NCBI GenBank assembly: GCA_965243025.1
Contig: CBDETY010000003.1
Coordinates: 2,720,001-2,784,000 of the forward strand
Reading direction: 5' to 3'
Source: Candidatus Latescibacterota bacterium
GTDB taxonomy: Bacteria; Latescibacterota; UBA2968; UBA8231
DNA: 64,000 nucleotides
The notes under the pieces are model-generated. The model did not search any database. It saw only the letters and a program-made list of their open reading frames with translations, and was not told where the DNA came from. Position 1 is the first letter of the stretch; each line of letters opens with the position of its first letter. Below, piece after piece: positions 29,833-40,228 of this stretch. The translations under genes were made by a program, and so were the position numbers.

Positions 29833-30246
29833 ATGGGCGACAAGACCGCTCTCCCACCCAATCTCGACCGCGCCGTCGAGCGTCTGGTCGATCAGGACGG
29901 GCGCTATGCCAAGGAGGCGTACGTGTTCCTGTACGAGGCCCTGAACTACACGGTCAAGAGCCTCGGCAAGGCGGGCCTTCCCGATGACCAGCGGCACGTC
30001 TCGGGCACGGATCTGCTCAAGGGAATCAGCGAGTTCGGTCTCAGCCGGTTCGGTCCGCTGACGCGTACGGTTTTCGAGCACTGGGGCGTCCACAAGACCG
30101 AGGACTTCGGCATCATCGTCTTCAACCTGGTGTCGGCCAAGTTGATGGGAAAGACGGAAAAGGACTGCATCGAGGACTTCATCGACGTCTACGACTTCGC
30201 CTCCGAGTTCGACTGGAACAAGCGCAGGGCCGAATTCCGGAAGTAG
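29833..30246 (+). CDS. Minf_1886-family conserved protein
   Basis: RYAKEAYVFLYEAL, RHVSG..L, FG.L...VFEHWGV..TEDFG.IVFNLV. Confidence 0.8.
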   Translation: MGDKTALPPNLDRAVERLVDQDGRYAKEAYVFLYEALNYTVKSLGKAGLPDDQRHVSGTDLLKGISEFGLSRFGPLTRTVFEHWGVHKTEDFGIIVFNLVSAKLMGKTEKDCIEDFIDVYDFASEFDWNKRRAEFRK

Positions 30247-30282
30247 AACCAACCCCTGACCCCGCCAGACCCGGCCTGCCCC

Positions 30283-31530
30283 ATGCGCCTAGCCCATTTC
30301 GACTGCTTCTCGGGGATCAGCGGTGACATGGTCCTCGGGGCCCTGGTCGACGCCGGCCTCGACGCCGATCTCCTGCGCGCGGAGATCGCCAAGCTCCGGC
30401 TGCCCGCAGACCTCCGGGTCGAAAGGGTCGAGCGCCGCGGACTGGGGGCGGCCCGCGTGGAGGTGCGTGTCCGCGGAGAGGCGGTCGCCCACGCCGACGA
30501 GCACCACATTCACCCGCATGCGGATGGAGAGGGCCACCACCGCCTGGAAGACCTCGTTGAACTGCTGGCGGCGAGCGACCTCGACGAGGAGGTTAGAACC
30601 GGTGCCATCCGGGTCTTTCGAAGACTCGCCCAGGCAGAGGCCCAGGTTCACGGCGTCGACGTCGAGAAGGTCCGCCTGCACGAAGCGGGGGCGATGGACG
30701 CCGTCGTCGACGTCGTCGGAGCGGTGGCCGGTCTGCGGCTGCTGGGAGTGGCCGCCGTGCACTCCTCTCCCCTGCGCTGCGGCACCGGGCTCGTCCAGTG
30801 CGCCCACGGCAGCTACCCCGTGCCGGTCCCCGGGGTCCTGGCGCTGTGCGCGGGCGTGCCCGGTCTGCGCCTGGTCCAGACCGAGGTCGAAGCGGAGCTG
30901 ATCACCCCTACCGGGGCGGCAATCATCACCACCCTTGCCGACTTCGACGCGCCACCGGAGTACCGCCTGCTCAAGGTCGGCTACGGCGCCGGATCGCGGG
31001 ATCTGCCCTCGGTCCCCAACGCCTTGCGAGTCCGCATCGGCGAGCTCGCGACAGCAGCCCCGCCGGAGGGACCCGCCCGGATCGAGCGCGACGACGCACT
31101 GCTCCTCGAGGCCAACATCGACGACATGAACCCCGAAGTGTACGGTTACCTGTTCGACCTGCTGCTCGAGCGCGGAGCCAAGGATGTGTACATCACCCCC
31201 GTCTACATGAAAAAGGGGCGGCCCGGCAGTCTTCTGAGCGTGCTCGTCGACCCGGAAGGGGCCCAGGCGGCCATCGAGACCGTTCTCGGGGAAACGACCA
31301 CCACGGGTGTGCGGTTTCACCCCGTCGAGCGGCGCAAGCTGCAACGCAGCTCGACCACGGTTTCGACCGAGCACGGTGAAGTCCGCGTCAAGGTCTGCCA
31401 CTTCGACGGCGGACGGCGCCTGGCGCCCGAATACGAGGACTGCGCGGCGCGCGCCCGCGAGCGCAAGGTGCCGATTCTCGCGGTGTACGAAGCGGCGAGA
31501 GCGGCGATAGGGGAGGAGATCGAGGAATGA
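30283..31530 (+). CDS. larC: Nickel pincer cofactor biosynthesis protein LarC (fused, no frameshift)
   Basis: DCFSGISGDM, His-rich stretch, HEAGAMD, ELITPTGAA, EANIDDMNPE, MKKGRPG, PEYED. Confidence 0.93.
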   Translation: MRLAHFDCFSGISGDMVLGALVDAGLDADLLRAEIAKLRLPADLRVERVERRGLGAARVEVRVRGEAVAHADEHHIHPHADGEGHHRLEDLVELLAASDLDEEVRTGAIRVFRRLAQAEAQVHGVDVEKVRLHEAGAMDAVVDVVGAVAGLRLLGVAAVHSSPLRCGTGLVQCAHGSYPVPVPGVLALCAGVPGLRLVQTEVEAELITPTGAAIITTLADFDAPPEYRLLKVGYGAGSRDLPSVPNALRVRIGELATAAPPEGPARIERDDALLLEANIDDMNPEVYGYLFDLLLERGAKDVYITPVYMKKGRPGSLLSVLVDPEGAQAAIETVLGETTTTGVRFHPVERRKLQRSSTTVSTEHGEVRVKVCHFDGGRRLAPEYEDCAARARERKVPILAVYEAARAAIGEEIEE

Positions 31531-32312
31531 AACTGTCAGCCTTCGGGATTGCGGCAGCAGCCGCTCTGCTTGCAACTGCCCCGGCGGTCGCCACGGGTGA
31601 CTCCCTGTCGGCACAGCTCGCCGGCAACTGGTCGCTCGATGAATTCGACAACATCAGGCCGCTGCCGCGGGAAAAGCCGGAGGACCCGGCTCGACTCGTC
31701 CTGGGAGAAGCCCGGGGGTTCCTCCACGTGTACGAGGAACGGGACGAGGCCTTCGAGGAGGTCTGGAGCAGCGAGCATCTCGAAGGGCCCGTCGGCGGCC
31801 TCCACGTATCCGACCTGGACGCCGACGGCCTCTCGGAGCTCCTCGTGTACACCGAGGCCGGGCGCATCCACGTGCTCGACGCCGCCGATTACCGCACCCT
31901 GTGGAGCAACCCCCCCACCGAGTTCGCGGCGATCACCGCCATGGTCCTCCACAACGTCGACGATGACGAGCAGCTCGAGATGGTGTTCTGCGGCGACGGC
32001 ATGCTCATCATCTACGACGGCCTCGACCGCTTCGAGGAATGGCGCTCCGACCAGTCGAACATCGAAGCCGTGGAGATCGTCGTCGCCGATGTCGACGGGG
32101 ACGACGCCGAGGAGATCGTGCTCAACGACGGGTTCGTCTTCGACGCGCGCTTCGGCGACCTGGAGTGGCAGTCCCCCGAGTCGTTCGGAGAGCGCCTGGG
32201 AACCCTCGATCTCGACAACGACGGAATCGTCGAGCTGATCGGGGAGTTCCCCGGCGGCCAGCTGCGCATATTCGACGTCGACCTGAGGCGCCAGAAAGCA
32301 ATCCGTCATTGA
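31527..32312 (+). CDS. Exported FG-GAP/VCBS-like repeat protein
   Basis: Signal peptide; four DxDxDG-like repeats (DLDADG, NVDDDE, DVDGDD, DLDNDG). Confidence 0.7.
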   Translation: MKLSAFGIAAAAALLATAPAVATGDSLSAQLAGNWSLDEFDNIRPLPREKPEDPARLVLGEARGFLHVYEERDEAFEEVWSSEHLEGPVGGLHVSDLDADGLSELLVYTEAGRIHVLDAADYRTLWSNPPTEFAAITAMVLHNVDDDEQLEMVFCGDGMLIIYDGLDRFEEWRSDQSNIEAVEIVVADVDGDDAEEIVLNDGFVFDARFGDLEWQSPESFGERLGTLDLDNDGIVELIGEFPGGQLRIFDVDLRRQKAIRH

Positions 32313-32534
32313 CCGGCGCCGGCACCCGGTCCAGCCGGTGACTTTCACGACCACCCGGTCCCCGGCCTCGCCCCGGGCTGAACAAGCTTCCTGAGGGGAA
32401 GCCTTCTCCTGTCGGCTGCTATTGACAGTCGCCGGAGCGCCCATCTACTTAAGCCCGCCGGCCTTACCGCTTCACGCACCTGCCCTTCCTCCACCCGGAG
32501 GGAGAATCCGCTTCCCCCGACCAGGGAGTCCCCC

Positions 32535-33707
32535 ATGCCGAAACAGATCAACGTCGGACTCGTCGGCTACCAGTTCATGGGCAAGGCCCACAGCCACGCC
32601 TACAAGGACATGGGCTTCTTCTTCCCCGATGCCGGGGCGATGCCGGTAATGAAGGCCCTTTGCGGCCGCAACCGGGAGGCCGTGCAGGCCGCCGCCGACC
32701 AGTTCGGCTGGGAAGAGGTGGAGACGAGCTGGAAACGCCTCGTGCAGCGGGAGGACATCGACCTCGTCGACGTGTCGACGCCGGGAAACACCCACGCCGA
32801 CATCGCCATCGCCGCCGCGGAGAACGGCAAGCACCTGTTCTGCGAGAAACCGCTGGCCAACAACCTCTCCGAGGCCCGGGCCATGCTCGCGGCGGTGAAG
32901 AAAGCCAGGGTCAAGCACATGGTGGCCTACAACTACCGGCGCGTCCCGGCGGTGGCCCTTGCGAAGCGGATCATCGACGAGGGGCGCCTCGGGGAGATCT
33001 ACCACTGGCGCGCCGTCTACCTCCAGGACTGGATCATCGATCCGGACTTCCCGCTCGTCTGGCGGCTGCAGAAGAGCAAGGCCGGCTCCGGGCCGCACGG
33101 AGACCTCAACGCCCACATCATCGACCTCGCCCATTACCTCGTCGGGGACATCACCGAGGTCGTCGGGGCCGACGCGACGTTCATCAGGGAGCGGCCCCTG
33201 GCCGAGGAGACAGACGCCTCGCTCGGCGCCTCGCGCGGCAGGACGAGGAAGAAAGGCAGGGTGACCGTCGACGACGCGACCCTCTTTCTCGCCCGCTTCA
33301 GGAACGGCGCCCTGGGATCCTTCGAGGCGACCCGCTTTGCCGCCGGCAGGCGCAACCACAACCGTTTCGAGATCAACGGCAGCAAGGGCTCGCTCAGCTT
33401 CAACCTCGAGAAGATGAACGAGCTGCAGTTCTACGACCGCGACGACCCCGGCCACCTGCAGGGGTTTCGCGAGATCATCGTCAACGAAGGGGGGGCGCAC
33501 CCCTACATGGATGCCTGGTGGCCCCCGGGACACATCATCGGTTGGGAGCACACCTTCATCCACGAGGTATACGACCTGATGCAGGCGATAGCATCCAACG
33601 GGAAGGTGCATCCGGATTTCGCCGACGGAGTCAAGGCGCAGGCGGTGCTCGAGGCGGTATCGCTTTCGGCGAAGGAACGCGGCTGGATCCGCATCCGGGA
33701 CCTTTAG
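32535..33707 (+). CDS. Gfo/Idh/MocA family oxidoreductase
   Basis: [33 protein letters not shown]. Confidence 0.92.
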   Translation: MPKQINVGLVGYQFMGKAHSHAYKDMGFFFPDAGAMPVMKALCGRNREAVQAAADQFGWEEVETSWKRLVQREDIDLVDVSTPGNTHADIAIAAAENGKHLFCEKPLANNLSEARAMLAAVKKARVKHMVAYNYRRVPAVALAKRIIDEGRLGEIYHWRAVYLQDWIIDPDFPLVWRLQKSKAGSGPHGDLNAHIIDLAHYLVGDITEVVGADATFIRERPLAEETDASLGASRGRTRKKGRVTVDDATLFLARFRNGALGSFEATRFAAGRRNHNRFEINGSKGSLSFNLEKMNELQFYDRDDPGHLQGFREIIVNEGGAHPYMDAWWPPGHIIGWEHTFIHEVYDLMQAIASNGKVHPDFADGVKAQAVLEAVSLSAKERGWIRIRDL

Positions 33708-33730
33708 GAAATCACGAAGCGGAGAACATC

Positions 33731-34723
33731 ATGGCGCGACCTGTCACACTGTTCACCGGCCAATGGGCCGATCTCGACATCAGGACCATGTGCGAAAAGG
33801 CGGTCTCGTTCGGATACGACGGGCTGGAGCTGGCCTGCTGGGGAGACCACTTCGAGGTCGACAAGGCGGACGACGAGTACTGCCGGGCCAGGCGGGCGCT
33901 GCTCGAAGAGCACGGCCTGCAGCTGTTTTCCATTTCCGCCCACCTCGTCGGGCAGGCGGTGTGCGACAACATCGACGGCCGTCACGAGGCGATCCTGCCG
34001 CCCCACGTCTGGGGGGACGGGGATCCGGAAGGAGTGCGCGAGCGCGCCGCCGCGGAGTTGATCGCCTCCGCCCATGCAGCCTCCCGCCTCGGCGTCGACG
34101 TCGTCAACGGGTTCACCGGCAGTCCGATCTGGCACCTGCTGTACTCGTTTCCCCCCACGCCTCCCGAAATGATCGATGACGGGTTCGCCGGGTTCGGGAC
34201 CCGGTTCAAGCCGATCATGGACGAGTTCGAGAAGGCGGGGGTGAAGTTCGCCCTCGAGGTCCACCCCACCGAAATCGCCTTCGACACCGCTTCGGCGGAG
34301 CGCGCCGTCGCCGCCCTGGACGGGCATCCGGCGTTCGGCTTCAACTACGATCCGAGCCACCTCGGTTACCAGGGCGTCGACTACGTCGAATTCATCTACC
34401 GCTTCGCGGAGCGGATCTTCCACGTGCACATGAAGGACGTCGCCTGGTCGGCAACTCCGACCGATGCCGGGGTGTTCGGCGGCCACGTCGAATTCGGCGA
34501 CCGCAGGCGCTACTGGGACTTCCGCTCCCTCGGCAGGGGCAACATCGACTTCGAGGAGATCATCCGCGCCCTCAACCGCATCGACTACAGGGGGCCGCTC
34601 TCGGTCGAATGGGAGGACGGCGGCATGGACCGCGAGCACGGCGCCGCCGAGGCCTGCGCCTTCGTCAAGGAAGTGGATTTCGAGCCGTCCGCGGCGGCGT
34701 TCGACGCCGCCTTCTCCGAGTGA
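33731..34723 (+). CDS. Sugar phosphate isomerase/epimerase (xylose isomerase-like TIM barrel)
   Basis: [38 protein letters not shown]. Confidence 0.9.
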   Translation: MARPVTLFTGQWADLDIRTMCEKAVSFGYDGLELACWGDHFEVDKADDEYCRARRALLEEHGLQLFSISAHLVGQAVCDNIDGRHEAILPPHVWGDGDPEGVRERAAAELIASAHAASRLGVDVVNGFTGSPIWHLLYSFPPTPPEMIDDGFAGFGTRFKPIMDEFEKAGVKFALEVHPTEIAFDTASAERAVAALDGHPAFGFNYDPSHLGYQGVDYVEFIYRFAERIFHVHMKDVAWSATPTDAGVFGGHVEFGDRRRYWDFRSLGRGNIDFEEIIRALNRIDYRGPLSVEWEDGGMDREHGAAEACAFVKEVDFEPSAAAFDAAFSE

Positions 34724-36399
34724 GACGGCAACCCGTTTCCGCAGCTTCCACCCCGCGGCCCCGGTTCCCGTTCCGGAACGCCGCCCAGGCCGGGGCTTCC
34801 ACCCCCCTTCCCCGCAGCAACGCCCCTTTTTCCGGGCAGGGTCTGTTTCGCATCTGTCTCTTTCTGTTGGCCGCCCTGCTGCTGGCAGGGTGCGCGCGCG
34901 AGGCCGGCCAGGTCCTGGTCTTCGGCCGCGGTTCCGACTCCGTCGGCCTCGACCCGGCCCTGGAGGGTGACGGGGAGTCCTTCAAGGTCTGCGACAACAT
35001 CTACGAGAACCTGGTCACATACGGGGAAGGCTCGACCACGGTGGTCCCGCAGCTGGCGGAAAGCTGGGATGTCTCCGCCGACCGCCTCACCTGGACCTTC
35101 CACCTGCGCACCGGGGTGCGCTTCCACGACGGCACCCCCTTCAATGCCGAGGCGATGCTGTTCTCCCTTGCCCGCCAGGGAGATGAAGAGCACCCCTACC
35201 ACAAGGTGGAGGGGGCCTACAACTACTGGAACAACATGGGCATGAGCGACATCGTCGCGTCGATGGAAGCCGCCGACGACTCGACCTTCGTCATGCGCCT
35301 CGCCGAGCCGAACGCCACTTTTCTCGCGACCCTGGGGATGAACTTCTGCGCCGCCGTCAGCCCTGCGGCGGTGGCAGAGCACGGCCCGGATTTCTTCAAG
35401 AACCCCGTCGGCACCGGGCCGTTCAGGTTCGTCGAATGGCGCAAGGACGAGCGCATCGTCCTCGACCGCAACGAGGGCTACTGGGGCGAGCCGCCTGCAC
35501 TGAAGCGCCTGATCTTCCGGCCGATACAGGACGCCTCGGTCCGTTTCCTCGAGCTCAGGACGGGAGCCATCCAGGGGATCGACAACGTCAGCCCCGAGTT
35601 CATCGAGACCATCCGCGGCAACCCCGACCTTCAGCTCCTGACCCAGCCCGGCATGAACGTCGGCTACCTGGCGATGAACATGGACCGGCCCCCGTTCGAC
35701 AACCGCCTCGTCCGCGTCGCCCTCAACTGCGCCATCGACAAACAGGCCCTGGTCGACAACTTCTACTCGGGCCTGGCAGTTCCGGCGAAGAACCCGCTGC
35801 CGCCGCTGATGTGGGGGTACGACGACAGCGTCGAGCCGTATCCCTTCGACCCCGAGCGGGCGCGCAGGCTGCTCGCCGAGGCCGGGTTTCCCGACGGCTT
35901 CGAGACCGAGCTCTGGGCGATGCCGGCGCCGCGGCCCTACATGCCCCAGCCGGAAAAGATCGCCGTCGCCATCAAGGCCAACCTCGACGCCGTCGGCGTC
36001 AGGGCCAAGATCGTGCGCTGGGAGTGGGGCACCTACCTCGACAAGGTGTTCGCCGGCGAGCACCCGATGTGCCTTCTCGGATGGACCGGGGACAACGGCG
36101 ACCCCGACAACTTCCTCTACGTCCTGCTCGACAAGACCGCCGCGGTCAAGCCGGCCAACAACGTCTCCTTCTACCGCAGCGACCCCCTGCACGAGCTGCT
36201 CGTCGCCGCCCGGCGCAGCGGCGACATGGCCGAGCGCACCGCCCTCTACAGGAAGGCGCAGCAGATAATCCACGCCGATGCCCCTTGGGTCCCGCTGGTG
36301 CATGCCACCCAGACCGCGGCCTTCCGGTCGAACGTGCGCGGCTTCGCGCTGCATCCGACCGGCAGCAAGTGGTTCCACCGCGTAGTCCTGGCGAACTGA
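34720..36399 (+). CDS. Peptide ABC transporter substrate-binding lipoprotein (DppA-like, SBP family 5)
   Basis: Lipobox LLAG-C; [33 protein letters not shown]; GTG start overlapping upstream stop (start uncertain). Confidence 0.9.
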   Translation: MRRQPVSAASTPRPRFPFRNAAQAGASTPLPRSNAPFSGQGLFRICLFLLAALLLAGCAREAGQVLVFGRGSDSVGLDPALEGDGESFKVCDNIYENLVTYGEGSTTVVPQLAESWDVSADRLTWTFHLRTGVRFHDGTPFNAEAMLFSLARQGDEEHPYHKVEGAYNYWNNMGMSDIVASMEAADDSTFVMRLAEPNATFLATLGMNFCAAVSPAAVAEHGPDFFKNPVGTGPFRFVEWRKDERIVLDRNEGYWGEPPALKRLIFRPIQDASVRFLELRTGAIQGIDNVSPEFIETIRGNPDLQLLTQPGMNVGYLAMNMDRPPFDNRLVRVALNCAIDKQALVDNFYSGLAVPAKNPLPPLMWGYDDSVEPYPFDPERARRLLAEAGFPDGFETELWAMPAPRPYMPQPEKIAVAIKANLDAVGVRAKIVRWEWGTYLDKVFAGEHPMCLLGWTGDNGDPDNFLYVLLDKTAAVKPANNVSFYRSDPLHELLVAARRSGDMAERTALYRKAQQIIHADAPWVPLVHATQTAAFRSNVRGFALHPTGSKWFHRVVLAN

Positions 36400-36433
36400 A
36401 CGGCTCCCGGGAGCCGATTGCGGAAGCACCCCG

Positions 36434-37441
36434 TTGACCGGGTTCATCCTGCGGCGGCTGGCGCTGCTGGTGCCGACGCTGATCGGGATATCCTTCCTGG
36501 TGTTCCTGATGATCCACCTGGTTCCCGGGGACCCGGCGCAGATCATGCTCGGGGAGCGCGCCGACGCCGCCAGCATCGAGGCGCTGCGCCTCGAGATGGG
36601 GCTCGATCAACCCTTCCACGTGCAGTTCGCCCGCTACTTCGGCAACCTCCTGCGCGGCGACCTCGGCCGCTCCTTCCGCACCCACGAGCTGATCAGCACC
36701 GAGATCCTCGAGCGCTTCCCCGCAACCTGCGAACTGACCCTTGCGGCGATGGTGATCGCCGTCGCCGGCGGCATCGGCCTCGGGGTTCTCGCCTCCCTGG
36801 CGCAGGGAAAGGCCGCCGACTACGTCAGCATGGTGGCGGCCACGGCAGGCATCTCGATGCCGGTCTTCTGGCTCGGACTGATGCTGATGCTGCTGCTGGC
36901 CGTGCAGTTTCCCCTGTTCCCGGTGTCCGGGCGCCTGGGCGCCGCGGTCCAGGTCGAGGCGATCACCGGATTCTACCTCCTCGACGCGGTCCTCGGCGCC
37001 AACTTGGAGGGGTTCGCCGATGCGCTCTGGCACCTCGCGCTGCCTGCCCTCACCCTGGCGACGATCCCCCTCGCCTTCATTGCGCGGATGACCCGAGCCA
37101 GCCTGCTCGAGGTCCTCGGGGAGGAGTACGTGCGCACCGCCCGGGCAAAGGGTCTGCCGCCGCGGCCCGTCGTTCTCCGCCACGCCTTGAGGAACGCCTT
37201 CGTGCCGACCCTGACGGTGATCGCCCTCCAATTCGGCTACCTGCTGGGAGGCGCCGTCATCACCGAGACCATCTTCGCCTGGCCCGGGTTGGGCCGCTGG
37301 GTCTTCCTGGCGGTGCAGGCGCGCGACTTCCGCGCCGTTCAGGGAGGGGTGCTGCTGCTGGCGACGGTGTTCATGCTCGTCAACCTGATCGCCGACATCC
37401 TCTACGCCTGCCTCGACCCGCGCATCCGCTACCGCCGCTGA
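36434..37441 (+). CDS. Peptide ABC transporter permease (DppB-like)
   Basis: PGDPA, YVRTARAKGL, GAVITETIFAWPGLG, DPRIR. Confidence 0.92.
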   Translation: MTGFILRRLALLVPTLIGISFLVFLMIHLVPGDPAQIMLGERADAASIEALRLEMGLDQPFHVQFARYFGNLLRGDLGRSFRTHELISTEILERFPATCELTLAAMVIAVAGGIGLGVLASLAQGKAADYVSMVAATAGISMPVFWLGLMLMLLLAVQFPLFPVSGRLGAAVQVEAITGFYLLDAVLGANLEGFADALWHLALPALTLATIPLAFIARMTRASLLEVLGEEYVRTARAKGLPPRPVVLRHALRNAFVPTLTVIALQFGYLLGGAVITETIFAWPGLGRWVFLAVQARDFRAVQGGVLLLATVFMLVNLIADILYACLDPRIRYRR

Positions 37442-37511
37442 GAACAGCTCCCGACCCGAGGTGTCGCCGACGGGCACCGGCCGCTGCCCCGGCCGGCATT
37501 TTTCAACGGCG

Positions 37512-38264
37512 TCAGGGCGTCGGGCCCGAAACAACGACCCTGTAACTGCGCACCTCGATCTCCAGGGTCGCCTCCGGCTGCACGATGCGCACCAGCCCCG
37601 GCAGATACAGGGGGACGGACGCGGCCCCCGGCAGGGGAATCTCGCGGTAGCGCTCCAGGTCGCGGCGCCAGGTAAACCCGCTGGCGGCGACCGACTCCTC
37701 GCGAAACACGAAGCCGCGGTGGAGATCTGCCCATATCGAGCGGCGGCCCCGCTCACCGCTTACCGTGGCGACGACGCGGTCCCCCCTCGGATGGGACAGG
37801 GACGGCACCTCGTGCGGCTGCCACGGGGCGACGATGCCGAACAGCAGGTAGCGCAGGTCGTACTCCCCGAGGTCGAGAAAGGGAAGGTAGCGGAGCAGCC
37901 CCCGGGATGTCGTTCCGCGCCAGCTGCCGCCACCGTCGTCGACCTCCATCGAATCCCCGCGCACTACCGCGGAGAGGATCTGCCTGAACAGCGGATCCCT
38001 GACCTCCAGCCGCAACTCGCGCGGTCTGCGGTAGAGGATGGCGGCGGTCGCCCTGCCGCTCCCCTCGGGGCCGCTGAACCTGATCGACGCCTCCGCGGTA
38101 AGGCCTTCGAGCTGCTCGAAGCTCCGCTGCGACAACGCCAGCAGCTCGCCTACGTCCGCGCCCGACTGCCAGCCCTGGCGGGGCGTGCGCGGGGCGCATG
38201 CCAGCAGCCCGGCGATGCCGAGGAGAAGGAAGAGAGCTCGTGTTGCCGGCAAGGGAACAGGCAC
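37512..38264 (-). CDS. Lipoprotein of LolA/LolB-like fold (DUF4292-like)
   Basis: Lipobox LLA-C; beta-rich RPRELRLEV segment; downstream of TPR gene; start uncertain (GTG 38264 chosen). Confidence 0.55.
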   Translation of the reverse strand: MPVPLPATRALFLLLGIAGLLACAPRTPRQGWQSGADVGELLALSQRSFEQLEGLTAEASIRFSGPEGSGRATAAILYRRPRELRLEVRDPLFRQILSAVVRGDSMEVDDGGGSWRGTTSRGLLRYLPFLDLGEYDLRYLLFGIVAPWQPHEVPSLSHPRGDRVVATVSGERGRRSIWADLHRGFVFREESVAASGFTWRRDLERYREIPLPGAASVPLYLPGLVRIVQPEATLEIEVRSYRVVVSGPTP

Positions 38265-38299
38265 CAGGTGGGCGAAAGCGAAAAACCTGTCGGCGGCCT

Positions 38300-40228
38300 T
38301 CAGGGGACCTCGGCCCCGAGCTTGCGCCGCAGGCCCTCGTCGTCCGGCGTCAGCTCGAGGGCGCGCCGCCAGTGGGAGGCCGCCTCGTCCTGCTTTCCGA
38401 GCGCGCTGGCGATGTCGCCGGCGTGATCGTAGATGACCGCCAGTTCCTCGTCCTCCTGATCGACGAGCCGCTCGATCGCCTTGGCGAGGAAGCGCTCGGC
38501 CTTCTCGAACTCCCCGAGGCGGTAGTAGGCCCATCCCAGGCTGTCGAGGAAGGCCCCGTTGCCGGGATCTATGGCCACGGCGCGGATCAGCAGGCCGACT
38601 GCTTCCTCGAGATGGATGCCCCGCTCCGCGTACATGTACCCGAGGTAGTTGAGGGCGTATGCGTCTCCGGGATCGAGCTCGATCAGGCGTTGGAAGGCGG
38701 CGATGGCCGCATCGAAGTGAGCCGCCGAGTCGGGCTGGCTGCGCGACGCCTGCTCGAGACAGCTGCCGAGGTAGAACAGCGGAACCGTGTCAGAGCTGTC
38801 GAGCCCGGTCGCCTGCCTCAGCTTCTGTATCGCCTCGTCCCAGCGCCCCAGGTTCTCCAGGGCGATGCCGGAGTGCATGTAGGCCTCACCGAGGACGGCG
38901 TCGTCGGCCGCCTCCCCGGCAGCCTTGTCGAAGAGTTCGAGCGCCTCGAGCCAGCGTTCCTGGCGGCCGAGGACGATTCCCCAGCGTATGAACATCGGCC
39001 CCGGCAGAGCTCCGGCGGCCAGGCCGTGGCGGTAGACCTCGATCGCCTCCTCGTACTGCTCCTGCCGTTCGTGGACGTAGCCCCAGCGCTCGAGCAGATC
39101 GACGTTGCCGGGCTGCCGCTCCAGTCCGCGCCGGAAGGTGGCGGCCGCCTCGTCGTAACGTTCCTGGCGGGCCAGGGCCTGCCCCCAGAACAGGTAGAGA
39201 TCGACGCTGTCCGGCATCGCCTCGACGGCTTCGCCCAAAAGCTTGTCCACGCGCTCGTGGTCCTCGAGGTGCAGGTAGTATCGCGCCGGGTCGAGCCAGG
39301 CCTCGACGCTGGCGGGCTGCAGGCCGACGATGCGCTCGAAAACTGTCGCCGCGAGCTCGTATCGCTCCGCCGCGGCCAGTGCTTCGCCGAGCCGGTACAG
39401 GAACTTGGGATCCGCCTCCTCGAAGCGGGACAGATCCTCGGGGCCCTCGAGCAGGCGCGCGAGTTCCCACATGATCCCCGGGTTTTCCGGAAGGTGATGC
39501 GCCGCGGCGACGAAATACTCGATGCCCCCGTCGCGGTCCCCCCGGGCGAGGTGAATCTCCGCCAGACCGATCCAGGCTTCCTCCGCGCCGGGGTTTTCCC
39601 CGAGGATCCCCCGGAAGATCCCCTCGGCTTTTTCCGGGCGGCCGCTGCGCGAAAGCGTGAACGCTATGTTGACGCGGATGTCCTCGGGGGTGTCCTCCCG
39701 CGACAGGAGATCGTCGAAGAGCCGGTCGATGCGGCCGGTCTCCCCCATTTCCTGGTAGAGACGCGCCAGGTGGGAGTAGAGCGGCCACCGGGCGGGCTGG
39801 CGTGCGATCAGCTGCTCGAGATGGACCGCCGCGGCCCCGAAGTTGCCCGCCGATTCGTACCAGCGGATCAGCTGCAACCGCAACTCGTCGAGGTCCGGGT
39901 CGAGCTCGAGCGCCCTGGCCGCAAACACGATCGCCTGCTCGTAATCCTCGATCTTCTCGTAGTTGTCGGCGAGGCGCGAGTAGATGGTCGGCGACGTCGG
40001 ATCGAGGTCGGCGGCGCTGCGCAGGGCGACAATGGCCCCCAGCGGGTTCTCCTGTTGCTCGAACACTTTCGCCTGCACGAAATACTGCATCGCCCGATCG
40101 GCCTGACGCGACTGCTCCCCTTCCCCCGCCCCGCCCCTGAAACCCGGCCACACGGCGGCGCAGCCTCCGAGGGAACAGTTCGCGGCCACTGCCGCGCTCC
40201 AAATGAAGATCCGGCCGCCCCAGCTCAC
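38300..40228 (-). CDS. TPR-repeat lipoprotein
   Basis: GTG 40228 overlapping the dppC stop; LGG-C lipobox; many TPRs; ALNYLGY, FLDSLGWAYY, IYDHAGD. Confidence 0.88.
   Translation of the reverse strand: MSWGGRIFIWSAAVAANCSLGGCAAVWPGFRGGAGEGEQSRQADRAMQYFVQAKVFEQQENPLGAIVALRSAADLDPTSPTIYSRLADNYEKIEDYEQAIVFAARALELDPDLDELRLQLIRWYESAGNFGAAAVHLEQLIARQPARWPLYSHLARLYQEMGETGRIDRLFDDLLSREDTPEDIRVNIAFTLSRSGRPEKAEGIFRGILGENPGAEEAWIGLAEIHLARGDRDGGIEYFVAAAHHLPENPGIMWELARLLEGPEDLSRFEEADPKFLYRLGEALAAAERYELAATVFERIVGLQPASVEAWLDPARYYLHLEDHERVDKLLGEAVEAMPDSVDLYLFWGQALARQERYDEAAATFRRGLERQPGNVDLLERWGYVHERQEQYEEAIEVYRHGLAAGALPGPMFIRWGIVLGRQERWLEALELFDKAAGEAADDAVLGEAYMHSGIALENLGRWDEAIQKLRQATGLDSSDTVPLFYLGSCLEQASRSQPDSAAHFDAAIAAFQRLIELDPGDAYALNYLGYMYAERGIHLEEAVGLLIRAVAIDPGNGAFLDSLGWAYYRLGEFEKAERFLAKAIERLVDQEDEELAVIYDHAGDIASALGKQDEAASHWRRALELTPDDEGLRRKLGAEVP

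Noticed and set aside
30283-31530. Programmed frameshift in larC
   Set aside because: The gene is one continuous frame covering both LarC domains
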